Source: Bacteroidota bacterium
GTDB taxonomy: Bacteria > Bacteroidota > Ignavibacteria > UBA10030
Length of the DNA: 64,000 nucleotides
Reading direction: 5' to 3'
Assembly (NCBI GenBank): GCA_041695045.1
Contig: JBGFRR010000128.1
Location: 16,004 to 80,003 of the forward strand
The notes beneath the pieces were generated by a model. That model did no database searches and had not been told where the DNA came from. It saw nothing but the letters and a program-made list of their open reading frames with translations. A program made the position numbers and the translations under genes. Positions 56,395 through 64,000 of this stretch are shown here, piece by piece (positions within the stretch are counted from its first letter, which is position 1; the number at the start of each line of letters is the position of its first letter).

Positions 56395-59154
56395 ATGAAA
56401 ACGTGTGGTATCTATATCGTTGCTGTGGTGGTGGTCGCGACATCGTTGGCTGGAGCGCAGGCTACCGACGGAATCCGCCGTGTCTGTGTCATCCAGCCGC
56501 AGTATTCCCATGAACCGCAACGGGTACCGAGCTTTGTCCCCTTCCGTCCGTTGAAACGGCCAAAGGTTGCGCTCGTCCTCAGCGGCGGCGGGTCGAGAGG
56601 AATATCCGCTATCGGTGTGCTGAAGGTTCTCGAAGAAGCCGATATCCCCATCGACCTCATCGTGGGCACAAGCATGGGAAGCATCATCGGCGGGCTCTAC
56701 GCCGCGGGGTATTCTACGCACCAGTTGAAGGCCATGGTCGACACAACACGGTGGGATATCATTCTGAGTTTCAACGACGAAGCACGCCGGCGGGATCTGT
56801 TTCTCGACCAGAAATTAGCGGAGGATCGAAGCATCCTTGTTGTGCGCTTCGACCGCTTCGCCCCCATCATCCCCAGTGCCTACTCAACCGGCCAGACACT
56901 TCTGAATTATCTGAACATCCTCACCCTGCAAGGCATTTATCATCCCAACCCGACGTTCGACGACCTTCGCATTCCGTTCCGGGCGGTAGCCACCGACCTT
57001 GTCTCCGGCCAGCGCGTGGTGATGGACCGCGGCGACCTTGCGCTTGCCATGCGAGCAAGCATCACCGTGCCGCTGCTGTTTTCTCCCATCACACAGGATA
57101 GTATGCTGCTCGTCGATGGCGGTCTTGTCTCGAACATCCCCGCGGAAACCGCCCGTGAGTTGGGTGCCGACATCGTCATCGCCGTCGATGCGTCCAGCCC
57201 GCTCAGACCTGCCGATAAGCTGAACGCCGTTTGGGAAATTGCAGACCAGATCATGGGCGTTGTGCTGCAAGGGAAACGTGCCGAGGATTTGCGCAAAGCG
57301 GATGTGGTAATTACGCCCCCTCTCGAGAATCATCTCAGCACCGATTTCACAAGACTGGACTGGATCGTTGAACAGGGAGAGCATGCGGCGCGAGAGCACG
57401 TCGGCACCGTTCAACGCTTGCTGCACCACAGAAAGCGAGAGAATGTGTTGACAACGAGCGATCCAACGCCGTATCATCATCCTCGCGTCGATTACGACGC
57501 GGCGGTCTTAGGTTCGGAGTGGTCGGAGCGAGTGTATGAGTTTGCGCGCGCGGCTGCTCTGTCTCCCGCCGACGCGCAGTTGTTCGTCAACGAGATGTAT
57601 GAGAGCGGCGATTTTGTGGAGGTGACGATGGATGCGACAGAATATCGGGATCGGACAGTATTGCAGCTTCATGCCCGCCCGACGCCGCAGTTGCGGTCGT
57701 TGAAGATTGAAGGGACGAACGTTGTTCCCGAGGATACGATCCGCGCTGCATTCGTACAGTTCGTCGGAAGGCGGTTGAATATTTACCGGACGCAGCGCAC
57801 GTTCGAAGGTCTTCTGAGCGTGTATCGCGACCGAGGCTACTCGCTTGCTCGCATACGAAGCGTTGAGTTTGATTCGGCCACGGGCACAGGCACAGTGGTG
57901 ATTGATGAGGGGATTGTGCATCGGAGGGATATCCGTGGCACGCAGAAGACGAAGGACTACGTCATCTGGCGTGAACTGCCGTGGCGCCAGGGGGATGTTT
58001 TCGAAGTGTCGAAGGTAGTGCACGGTATTGCCAATCTCCACAGCACAAACCTCTTTGAGCGCGTTTCCATCAGTGTCGCACAAGAGGGGGAAGAGGGTGA
58101 GCGGCAGATCGTGATCATCGACGTGAAGGAGCGGAGCACGGAGCTCATTCGCTTCGGTTTGCGCGTGGACAATGAACGGAATGTCCAGCCCTCGATCGAT
58201 GTGCGGGATGAGAACTTTCTCGGGATTGGAATGGAGTTGGGGGGAAGAATCTATGGCGGTCAGCGGAACCGCGGGCTGATGGGGCAGTTCAAGGCGCGGC
58301 GGATTTTCGACACGTACCTGACGTTCGATTTCAAGGGGTACTACGCCTGGAAGGATGTCAACGTATTCGCGGATGAACACATCCCCGACCCGGCGCGATG
58401 GAACCGCGTGCGGGTTGGCGAGTACCGCGAACTTCGGTATGGTGGCTCGGCGGCATTCGGCACTCAGTTGGAACGCCTCGGCGTTGTGACGGTGGAAGTT
58501 CGGTCGGAAACGCATCGATTGTGGAGCATTGCCGAGCGGCCGATGGAAACGGAGCGCTTCCGGTTTGCGGCTATCCGCTTTGGCACGCAGTTAGACTCGC
58601 AGGACCGGTTTCCGTTTCCGCGAGAAGGCGTGTCGGTCAATTTCTTTTATGAGTCGGCCATCGTTCGCTTGAAGGAGAATGTAGGGTTTACGAAACTCTT
58701 TCTCAGTTATGAGAGTTCCTCAACATATTTCGGCAGACACACGGTGCGTCCGCGTGTCGTCTTCGGGTTTGCCGATGAAACGGCTCCCGTTACCGAGCAG
58801 TTCAGTCTCGGCGGTCAGGAGAGCTTTCACGGACTGCGTGAAGACGATGCGCGCGGCCGGCAGTTGTTCGTTGCGAGTGTAGAATATCGCTACGAGCTTC
58901 CGTTCAAAATTTTCTTCGGTACATATTTTAAGAGCCGGTATGATTTCGGGTCGATTTGGGCAGTGCCTGAGCAGATCAAACTGAGCGCACTGCGTCATGG
59001 CATCGGTGTCGGCCTGGCGTTTGATACGCCCGTCGGCCCAGCAGAGTTCAGCGTGGGGAAAAGTTTCTTCTTCCGCCGGGATTTACTCGACCGGCCGTTA
59101 AGCCTCGGGCCAACGGTGGTTGCGTTCAGCATCGGATATCCGGTCACATTCTAA
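56395..59154 (+). CDS. patatin-like phospholipase fused to POTRA and Omp85-type beta-barrel (PlpD-like, type Vd secretion architecture)
   Basis: Signal peptide MKTCGIYIVAVVVVATSLAGAQA. VALVLSGGGSRGIS (GGGxRG) and GTSMGS (GxSxG) patatin motifs. DGGLVSN catalytic Asp. C-terminal beta-barrel ending ...FSIGYPVTF. Confidence 0.7.
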   Translation: MKTCGIYIVAVVVVATSLAGAQATDGIRRVCVIQPQYSHEPQRVPSFVPFRPLKRPKVALVLSGGGSRGISAIGVLKVLEEADIPIDLIVGTSMGSIIGGLYAAGYSTHQLKAMVDTTRWDIILSFNDEARRRDLFLDQKLAEDRSILVVRFDRFAPIIPSAYSTGQTLLNYLNILTLQGIYHPNPTFDDLRIPFRAVATDLVSGQRVVMDRGDLALAMRASITVPLLFSPITQDSMLLVDGGLVSNIPAETARELGADIVIAVDASSPLRPADKLNAVWEIADQIMGVVLQGKRAEDLRKADVVITPPLENHLSTDFTRLDWIVEQGEHAAREHVGTVQRLLHHRKRENVLTTSDPTPYHHPRVDYDAAVLGSEWSERVYEFARAAALSPADAQLFVNEMYESGDFVEVTMDATEYRDRTVLQLHARPTPQLRSLKIEGTNVVPEDTIRAAFVQFVGRRLNIYRTQRTFEGLLSVYRDRGYSLARIRSVEFDSATGTGTVVIDEGIVHRRDIRGTQKTKDYVIWRELPWRQGDVFEVSKVVHGIANLHSTNLFERVSISVAQEGEEGERQIVIIDVKERSTELIRFGLRVDNERNVQPSIDVRDENFLGIGMELGGRIYGGQRNRGLMGQFKARRIFDTYLTFDFKGYYAWKDVNVFADEHIPDPARWNRVRVGEYRELRYGGSAAFGTQLERLGVVTVEVRSETHRLWSIAERPMETERFRFAAIRFGTQLDSQDRFPFPREGVSVNFFYESAIVRLKENVGFTKLFLSYESSSTYFGRHTVRPRVVFGFADETAPVTEQFSLGGQESFHGLREDDARGRQLFVASVEYRYELPFKIFFGTYFKSRYDFGSIWAVPEQIKLSALRHGIGVGLAFDTPVGPAEFSVGKSFFFRRDLLDRPLSLGPTVVAFSIGYPVTF

Positions 59155-59242
59155 GACAGGAAAGCAATCGGCTCTGCATTTTTCTTCTCTCAATCTCTTG
59201 TTCTATTTGGGCCGTCTTTCACTCATTACCAACAATCAATCT

Positions 59243-59506
59243 ATGACAACCAAACCACCACCAGCTGTTGCTGAATTCCCACTCGACTCCCTCGAAAAAC
59301 TCGCCTATGGGACCGTTTCCGATGTTGAGACTGTTGAGCCCAACGACCGCAACCGCTTAGGCTACTGCATCTGGGCATGGCTGAAGGAACGCAGCGGGAC
59401 GCTCGACGAGGCTATCCTGAACTCCGGTTCACGCACGAAGCTTCCTTTGAAGGAAATCGCCGAGCTCGTCCGGAGGCGTCTGCAGGAAAACGGTGTTGCC
59501 GTATAA
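59243..59506 (+). CDS. hypothetical small protein
   Basis: 87 aa from MTTKPPPAVAEF...; no recognisable motif. The listed ORF start at 59120 overlaps the PlpD-like gene end. Confidence 0.25.
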   Translation: MTTKPPPAVAEFPLDSLEKLAYGTVSDVETVEPNDRNRLGYCIWAWLKERSGTLDEAILNSGSRTKLPLKEIAELVRRRLQENGVAV

Positions 59507-59652
59507 CGCCGTTCTCGCATGGACTTCGACCTCAACGCGCAGCTGCTCTCGTTCATTCCGCCCCGCCTCCAGCGGGGTTGCTATCGCCGCCCACGGTGTT
59601 CTGCCGATCTTTATTTCGCTCACCGACTGGATGGCCAAGGCGCATCGCTATC

Positions 59653-60117
59653 TCACAGTTTCTCATAATCTTCAAACGTAAACCCTTCGTGCTCCTCACG
59701 GGCAACGAGCTTGTACCGTGTTCCAAGAAGATGCTCATACGGTGGGAAGTAGGTATCACCCTCCACTTCTCTGTCCACAAGCGTCAGATGCAGTTCATCA
59801 GCATGCTCGAGTAGTTGGGCGAATATCTCTCCTCCGCCGATCACAAAGACCTTTTCTTCTTTCTCAAGAGCCTGCAACGCCTGCGCGAGGGCGGGGTAGG
59901 TTTCGACATCCGGAATTGTACGTGAGGTCAGCACCACGTTGCGGCGGTTGGGAAGGGGCTTACCGAGCGACTCAAACGTTTTTCGCCCCATCAACACGAC
60001 ATGGTTGGTGGTCAGACGCTTGAAGCGCTTCAGATCTTCCGAGATATGCCAGGGGAGTTTGCCGTCGTTGCCGATGACGCGATTGCGGCTCAACGCGGCA
60101 ATGATGATGAGCTTCAT
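59653..60117 (-). CDS. folA: dihydrofolate reductase
   Basis: MKLIIIAALSRNRVIGNDGKLPWHISEDLKRFKRLTTNHVVLMGRKTFESLG is a canonical DHFR N-terminus. Confidence 0.85.
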   Translation of the reverse strand: MKLIIIAALSRNRVIGNDGKLPWHISEDLKRFKRLTTNHVVLMGRKTFESLGKPLPNRRNVVLTSRTIPDVETYPALAQALQALEKEEKVFVIGGGEIFAQLLEHADELHLTLVDREVEGDTYFPPYEHLLGTRYKLVAREEHEGFTFEDYEKL

Positions 60118-60180
60118 GAATACTTTGAAGGTCGGGCGAGGAGCAGCGAAAGCTTGAGAAAAACAAACTGGTAAGGAAAA

Positions 60181-60525
60181 CTATTTGCCAGAGTGTCTCT
60201 TCAGCCACTGCTCAAACGAGTGCTGACTTTCTCCCGAAGGTTTGCCTACGATAAGGTTTTCAATGCTAATATCTTCATCAAGGTCTGGCCAGTGGATTCC
60301 CTCATTGGCGCCGATGAATCTCCAATTGTCTCTCTCACGCTGTGTTGCGTGAATGAGCCGAGGATACCAAGCAAGGGGCAATAATATTGTTCGCCCATCA
60401 GTGAGGTCAACGGTCAAGGAGTCGTCGTTAATTCTGCCGTCTTTTATTGTTATCCTATGAGTTTTAGCTGTTAAGAAACTCATTCCATCCATGCAAAAGG
60501 ATTTCCTCTTCGAGAACAGCGACAA
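60181..60525 (-). CDS. DUF2442-domain protein
   Basis: ...LPLAWYPRLIHATQRERDNWRFIGANEGIHWPDLDEDISIENL matches the DUF2442 core (W.P.L ... ER.NW ... G.GI.WP.LDEDIS). Visibly AT-richer segment between folA and thyA. Confidence 0.5.
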   Translation of the reverse strand: MSLFSKRKSFCMDGMSFLTAKTHRITIKDGRINDDSLTVDLTDGRTILLPLAWYPRLIHATQRERDNWRFIGANEGIHWPDLDEDISIENLIVGKPSGESQHSFEQWLKRHSGK

Positions 60526-60549
60526 ATCGTTTCCTTTGGCTGATTAACT

Positions 60550-61362
60550 TCACACCGCCACCTCGAACTTGATCGGCTCGTCGCACTCGTATCCGACCAG
60601 CTCGAAATCTTCAAACCGCAGTTCGTCTACCGGCTTGCGGGTGATGATGAGGCGCGGCCGCGGTTTGGGCGTGCGCTTCAATTGCTCGCGCAGTCCGTCG
60701 ACGTGATTCACATAGATGTGGGCGTCGACGATGGTGTGGCTGAAGGAACCCAATTCGAGATTCACCTCCTGCGCGATGGCCTGCGTGAGGAGCGCGTAGG
60801 CGGCGATGTTGAACGGAATGCCGATTGCAATGTCGCCCGAGCGCTGGGTGAGATGGCAGTGCAGCCGTTCGTCTTGCACGTTAAACGCGAAGGTGTAGTG
60901 GCAGGGAGGAAGTTTGCTTGTGAGCGCGTTGCCGGGCTCCCACGCCGAAATCACCATGCGGCGGGAGTTCGGGTTCGTTTTCAGAAGTTTGATGACCTCC
61001 GCGATTTGATCAATTTCTTTGACCTCGTAATGGCCCGTCTTCGGGTTGATCTGCGCGCTCGGGAAGCGCCGCCAGTAGCGCCCGTAGGCAGTATCAAGAT
61101 TGCCGTTCTCGTCCGCCCATGCATCCCAAATCTTGGTGTGCTTGCGCAAGTTGCGAATGTGATCCTCTCCCGAAAGATACCAGAGCACTTCTTGAAGGAT
61201 TGCCTTGAAGTTCATCTTCTTCGTGGTGAGGAGCGGAAACCCCTCGCTCAGGTCAATCTTGAGATACTCTGAGAAGGTGGAAATCGTATTAACTCCGGTG
61301 CGATTCTTTTTGAGCGTCCCTTTGTTTAGGACCCGCTCGACGAGGTCAAGATATTCGCGCAT
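60550..61362 (-). CDS. thyA: thymidylate synthase
   Basis: MREYLDLVERVLNKGTLKKNRTGVNTISTF...PLLTTKKMNFKAILQEVLWYLSG...PCHYTFAFNV active-site Cys context. Confidence 0.9.
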   Translation of the reverse strand: MREYLDLVERVLNKGTLKKNRTGVNTISTFSEYLKIDLSEGFPLLTTKKMNFKAILQEVLWYLSGEDHIRNLRKHTKIWDAWADENGNLDTAYGRYWRRFPSAQINPKTGHYEVKEIDQIAEVIKLLKTNPNSRRMVISAWEPGNALTSKLPPCHYTFAFNVQDERLHCHLTQRSGDIAIGIPFNIAAYALLTQAIAQEVNLELGSFSHTIVDAHIYVNHVDGLREQLKRTPKPRPRLIITRKPVDELRFEDFELVGYECDEPIKFEVAV

Positions 61363-61479
61363 GGACTATCCGTTAGTTCACGACGACAAGAATGAATTGT
61401 GCTTTTTCGCTATAACGATTGGTCAAATATACTGCAGGGCAATGCAAAAGGCAATCTTCGACCGGAGTGGCACGACTCG

Positions 61480-62379
61480 CTACAGCGCGTAGTTGAGGAT
61501 CTTGGAAACGAGCTTGGCTGTCGTGAGGTCGGGATGATGGAGTCCCTTCATGGGCGCAAGCTCCACCACATCGAAGCCGACGATGCGTTTGGCCTTACCG
61601 ACTTTCCGCAAGCACTGCATCACCTCGTGCCAGAAGAGGCCGTTTGGCTCGGGCGTTCCTGTGGCCGGCATCATGGAGGGGTCGAAGCTATCCACATCGA
61701 ACGTAACATACACGTTATCGGTGAGGTGAGCAACGACCTCATCGTCCCAATATTTCAGCAGGCGGGTGTATTTGCCCTCCCGGATTTCATGGGCGTAGAG
61801 GGTGTGGACGCCGTGCTCGCGGATGTATTCCGCTTCCTCCTTACATTGCGCCCGGATGCCTACCTGGACGACGTGGTGCGGGTCGATGAACTCGCACACT
61901 CTGGCCATCACGCTGGCATGGCTGAACGTGTTGCCCTGATACTCGGCTCGGAGGTCGGAGTGGGCGTCGAACTGGATGACGGAGAGATTCGGATAGCGTT
62001 TCGCATGTGCCGCCACACACGCCGACGTGATCGTGTGCTCGCCGCCGAGGGTGACGATGAACTTGTTGCGCTCTACAAGGTCGTGGACGATGCCGTGCAG
62101 AAATTCGAGTGCCTGAGCGTCTTTTTTCGTGCCAAAGCGAAGCGGAGCTAGCGTCGCGATACCGACTTCTTTATAAAGCTCGCGTCCCGTTTCTTCGTCG
62201 TAGAGTTCGACGTATTGCGATGCGTGCAGGATGGCGTGCGGGCCGTTTTTCGTTCCGCCGCCGTAGCTCACCGTCGCTTCATACGGCGCAGGGAGGATAA
62301 CGACTTTCGACTTGTCGAACGTGCTGTACCGTTCTTCAATAGCGAGGAAATTCGATTTGTTGTCGAGCGTTTTGTACAT
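61480..62379 (-). CDS. arginase-family ureohydrolase, most likely agmatinase
   Basis: ...VIQFDAHSDL..., ...SFDVDSFDP... Mn-binding motifs (DAHxD, DxDxxDP). 299 aa. Substrate not resolvable from sequence. Confidence 0.7.
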   Translation of the reverse strand: MYKTLDNKSNFLAIEERYSTFDKSKVVILPAPYEATVSYGGGTKNGPHAILHASQYVELYDEETGRELYKEVGIATLAPLRFGTKKDAQALEFLHGIVHDLVERNKFIVTLGGEHTITSACVAAHAKRYPNLSVIQFDAHSDLRAEYQGNTFSHASVMARVCEFIDPHHVVQVGIRAQCKEEAEYIREHGVHTLYAHEIREGKYTRLLKYWDDEVVAHLTDNVYVTFDVDSFDPSMMPATGTPEPNGLFWHEVMQCLRKVGKAKRIVGFDVVELAPMKGLHHPDLTTAKLVSKILNYAL

Positions 62380-62493
62380 GTGCGGTTAGGGTTGATGGGA
62401 GGGGTGTCAATATAGACGAAAGGCTGAGGAAATGCAACGCCTTCGCTTGACAAAGTTCGTAATACTCGCGATAATGCGGCCGCATCCGACCTC

Positions 62494-63009
62494 ATGACAA
62501 CCGTTCAACGCACCTATCTCATCGTTGTCAGCCTCGTAACTCTGTGGTGTCTAGCCATCGTTGCCGCGCCGCTTGCGAGCGCGTGGTTGGGACGTGAACA
62601 TACAGTTGCCGCGTCCCTCTATTCATTCTTGAACCGCATCTGTCATCAGATTGCCGAGCGCTCATTCTCCATCGCCGGCGAGCCGTTTAGTGTCTGCATC
62701 CGCTGTTCGTCTCTCTACGGCGCGTTCCTCATCGGATTGTTCACTATGCCCGCGTTACCGAAGGCGCGCGTGACGAACATCCCGCCCCCGCTGTGGCTTC
62801 TCATCGCCATCGCACCTATGGTTGTGGATGTCATCCTACAGGTTTTCGGATTGCATCCGAGTACAACGTTCACGCGCATCGTCACCGGGTCGGCGGTGGG
62901 ACTGGTGCTTCCGTTCTATCTGCTTCCGCCGTTGTTCGAAGCCGTGCAGAGTTTCCGTCATCAACTCATTCATCGGGGAGGTTCAATCCATGCTCGAAAA
63001 ACCGAGTAA
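62494..63009 (+). CDS. DUF2085-family membrane protein
   Basis: LNRICHQIAERSF...PFSVCIRCSSLYGAF, the CHQ...C.RC motif of DUF2085. Several TM segments. Confidence 0.5.
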   Translation: MTTVQRTYLIVVSLVTLWCLAIVAAPLASAWLGREHTVAASLYSFLNRICHQIAERSFSIAGEPFSVCIRCSSLYGAFLIGLFTMPALPKARVTNIPPPLWLLIAIAPMVVDVILQVFGLHPSTTFTRIVTGSAVGLVLPFYLLPPLFEAVQSFRHQLIHRGGSIHARKTE

Positions 63010-63538
63010 AGTTCGGTCGGCTGCTCTTGCCGGCTCGGCCATCGGCATTGTTTCCGGCGTGCCCGGACTGAATCTAATCAACTGCTGTTGTTGCGCGGGC
63101 ATTATCCTCGGAGGAATGCTCGGCGTCTATTTGTATCGGGAGGAATTTCGTGAAGGCATGCCGCCGCTTGAGTCTTCCGACGGCCTTATCGTCGGCCTTC
63201 TTGCAGGCATCGTAGGAGCCTTCGCATCAACGGTTATGAGCCTCATGATTCTCCTGATGTTCGGTGCTGTCGAGGTCGAATTTATGCGCGGCATCATCGA
63301 GCGAGTGCTTGAATCGCTCGAAGAAGCAGGTACGCTTCCCGGTGAAGTAGGCAACGAGATCCGCCGACAGCTTGAGCAAAGCCTCGAAGAGGCCGCGACG
63401 GTTACCGGTGTCTTGGGCAGTCTGTTGATCAACCTCATCATCTATCCGATTTTCGGATTGTTAGGCGGGCTGTTGGGGTACGCACTCTTCAAGCCAAAGC
63501 CACCCCTTCAATACGTTCCACCCGCGACCATGGGATAA
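62990..63538 (+). CDS. hypothetical membrane protein with a CCCC motif in a predicted TM helix
   Basis: MLEKPSKVRSAALAGSAIGIVSGVPGLNLINCCCCAGIILGGMLGVYLY... ATG at 62990 preceded by GGGGAGG. Overlaps the DUF2085 3' end by about 20 nt in another frame. Confidence 0.35.
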   Translation: MLEKPSKVRSAALAGSAIGIVSGVPGLNLINCCCCAGIILGGMLGVYLYREEFREGMPPLESSDGLIVGLLAGIVGAFASTVMSLMILLMFGAVEVEFMRGIIERVLESLEEAGTLPGEVGNEIRRQLEQSLEEAATVTGVLGSLLINLIIYPIFGLLGGLLGYALFKPKPPLQYVPPATMG

Positions 63539-63611
63539 GAGGTGAAAGTATACCGGCGGGATGGAGAATCAGGTATGACCATCCATCGGTGGGTGAATGA
63601 CACGCGCTCGA

Positions 63612-64000
63612 CTACCGCTTCATCAACTCTAACACCGCCGTCGTGAGCGCGGTTACTCCCGTTCTGATTGCCGGTTCGGGCAGCGGCGCGAATTCACTGG
63701 AGTGCAGCGAAGGCAGCGGCTTCCCTTCCGACGCAAACCGCTGTTTTTTCTCGGGGTCCACTCCCCCTAACCAGAACAAACTGATGGGAATGTCTCCCCC
63801 CAACGCAAACCGTCCGAAATCCTCGCCTCCCATCACCGGCTCTTTCTCAACAACGTTGTCGTTCCCCAACACCTTCTGCAATGCACGCGTGAGTCGCTGC
63901 GTGAGCTGCGGGTCGTTGTAGGTGGCCGGCGTAAATTCATCCTCGTTCACCGCGACGATTGGCGCGCGCTCCTGCGGCACTCCGGCTGCCAACGCCACGT
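63612..64000 (-). CDS. M20D-family amidohydrolase (hippurate-hydrolase-like), 3' portion only; the gene start lies beyond the window
   Basis: C-terminal ...MGGEDFGRFALGGDIPISLFWLGG...LHSSEF... resembles M20D aminoacylase C-termini. Open frame reaches the window edge. Confidence 0.45.
   Translation of the reverse strand, partial: VALAAGVPQERAPIVAVNEDEFTPATYNDPQLTQRLTRALQKVLGNDNVVEKEPVMGGEDFGRFALGGDIPISLFWLGGVDPEKKQRFASEGKPLPSLHSSEFAPLPEPAIRTGVTALTTAVLELMKR

Overview
This is a 64 kb chromosomal segment with high G+C over most of its length, judged by eye rather than computed. Several proteins carry type IX secretion C-terminal sorting domains, so the source is probably a member of the Fibrobacteres-Chlorobi-Bacteroidetes group. 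No rRNA, tRNA or CRISPR array was found.

CDS coordinates come from the ORF-track arithmetic and include the stop codon. Non-CDS coordinates were counted by hand and are approximate, within about 2 nt.

Gene content, left to right:
- A 5'-partial sugar nucleotidyltransferase, then the methyl-cycle pair metK and ahcY.
- A Crp/Fnr regulator, a PHP phosphoesterase, ribH, and a secreted beta-propeller protein with a T9SS-like C-terminus.
- A DUF3276 gene followed by the conserved yceD-rpmF-plsX-fabH-fabD-fabG-acpP-fabF-rnc cluster.
- Single-chain gcvP, a CoA-binding protein, an Omp85-family protein, rsmE, and trkA-trkH.
- A visibly lower-GC island of about 8 kb encoding a TonB-dependent receptor, two T9SS substrates, and a large secreted protein whose C-terminus resembles a LAS-family zinc peptidase, with a possible partner gene.
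- A GT4 glycosyltransferase.
- A 13.7 kb array on the minus strand: a sensorless hybrid histidine kinase, a sigma-54 response regulator, SixA, a PF04008-like protein, a RidA lipoprotein, and a four-helix-bundle pseudogene disrupted by small GAAAT-type repeats. The array continues into an extended histidine-utilisation operon: hutU, a Cys-rich mini-ORF, a VOC protein, a SAM methyltransferase, hutI, a DUF429 protein, split ftcD, and a glycoside hydrolase.
- Divergent from that array: hutH, which carries an in-frame G-rich insertion, then adenosine deaminase, an MBL hydrolase, a lipoprotein and an ArsC-family fragment.
- hflX, a BatA/vWA protein, a PlpD-like patatin-POTRA-Omp85 protein, folA, an orphan DUF2442 gene, thyA, an arginase-family ureohydrolase, DUF2085, a CCCC-motif membrane protein, and a partial M20D amidohydrolase.

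Many long ORFs on the opposite strand of confirmed genes are treated as high-GC artefacts.
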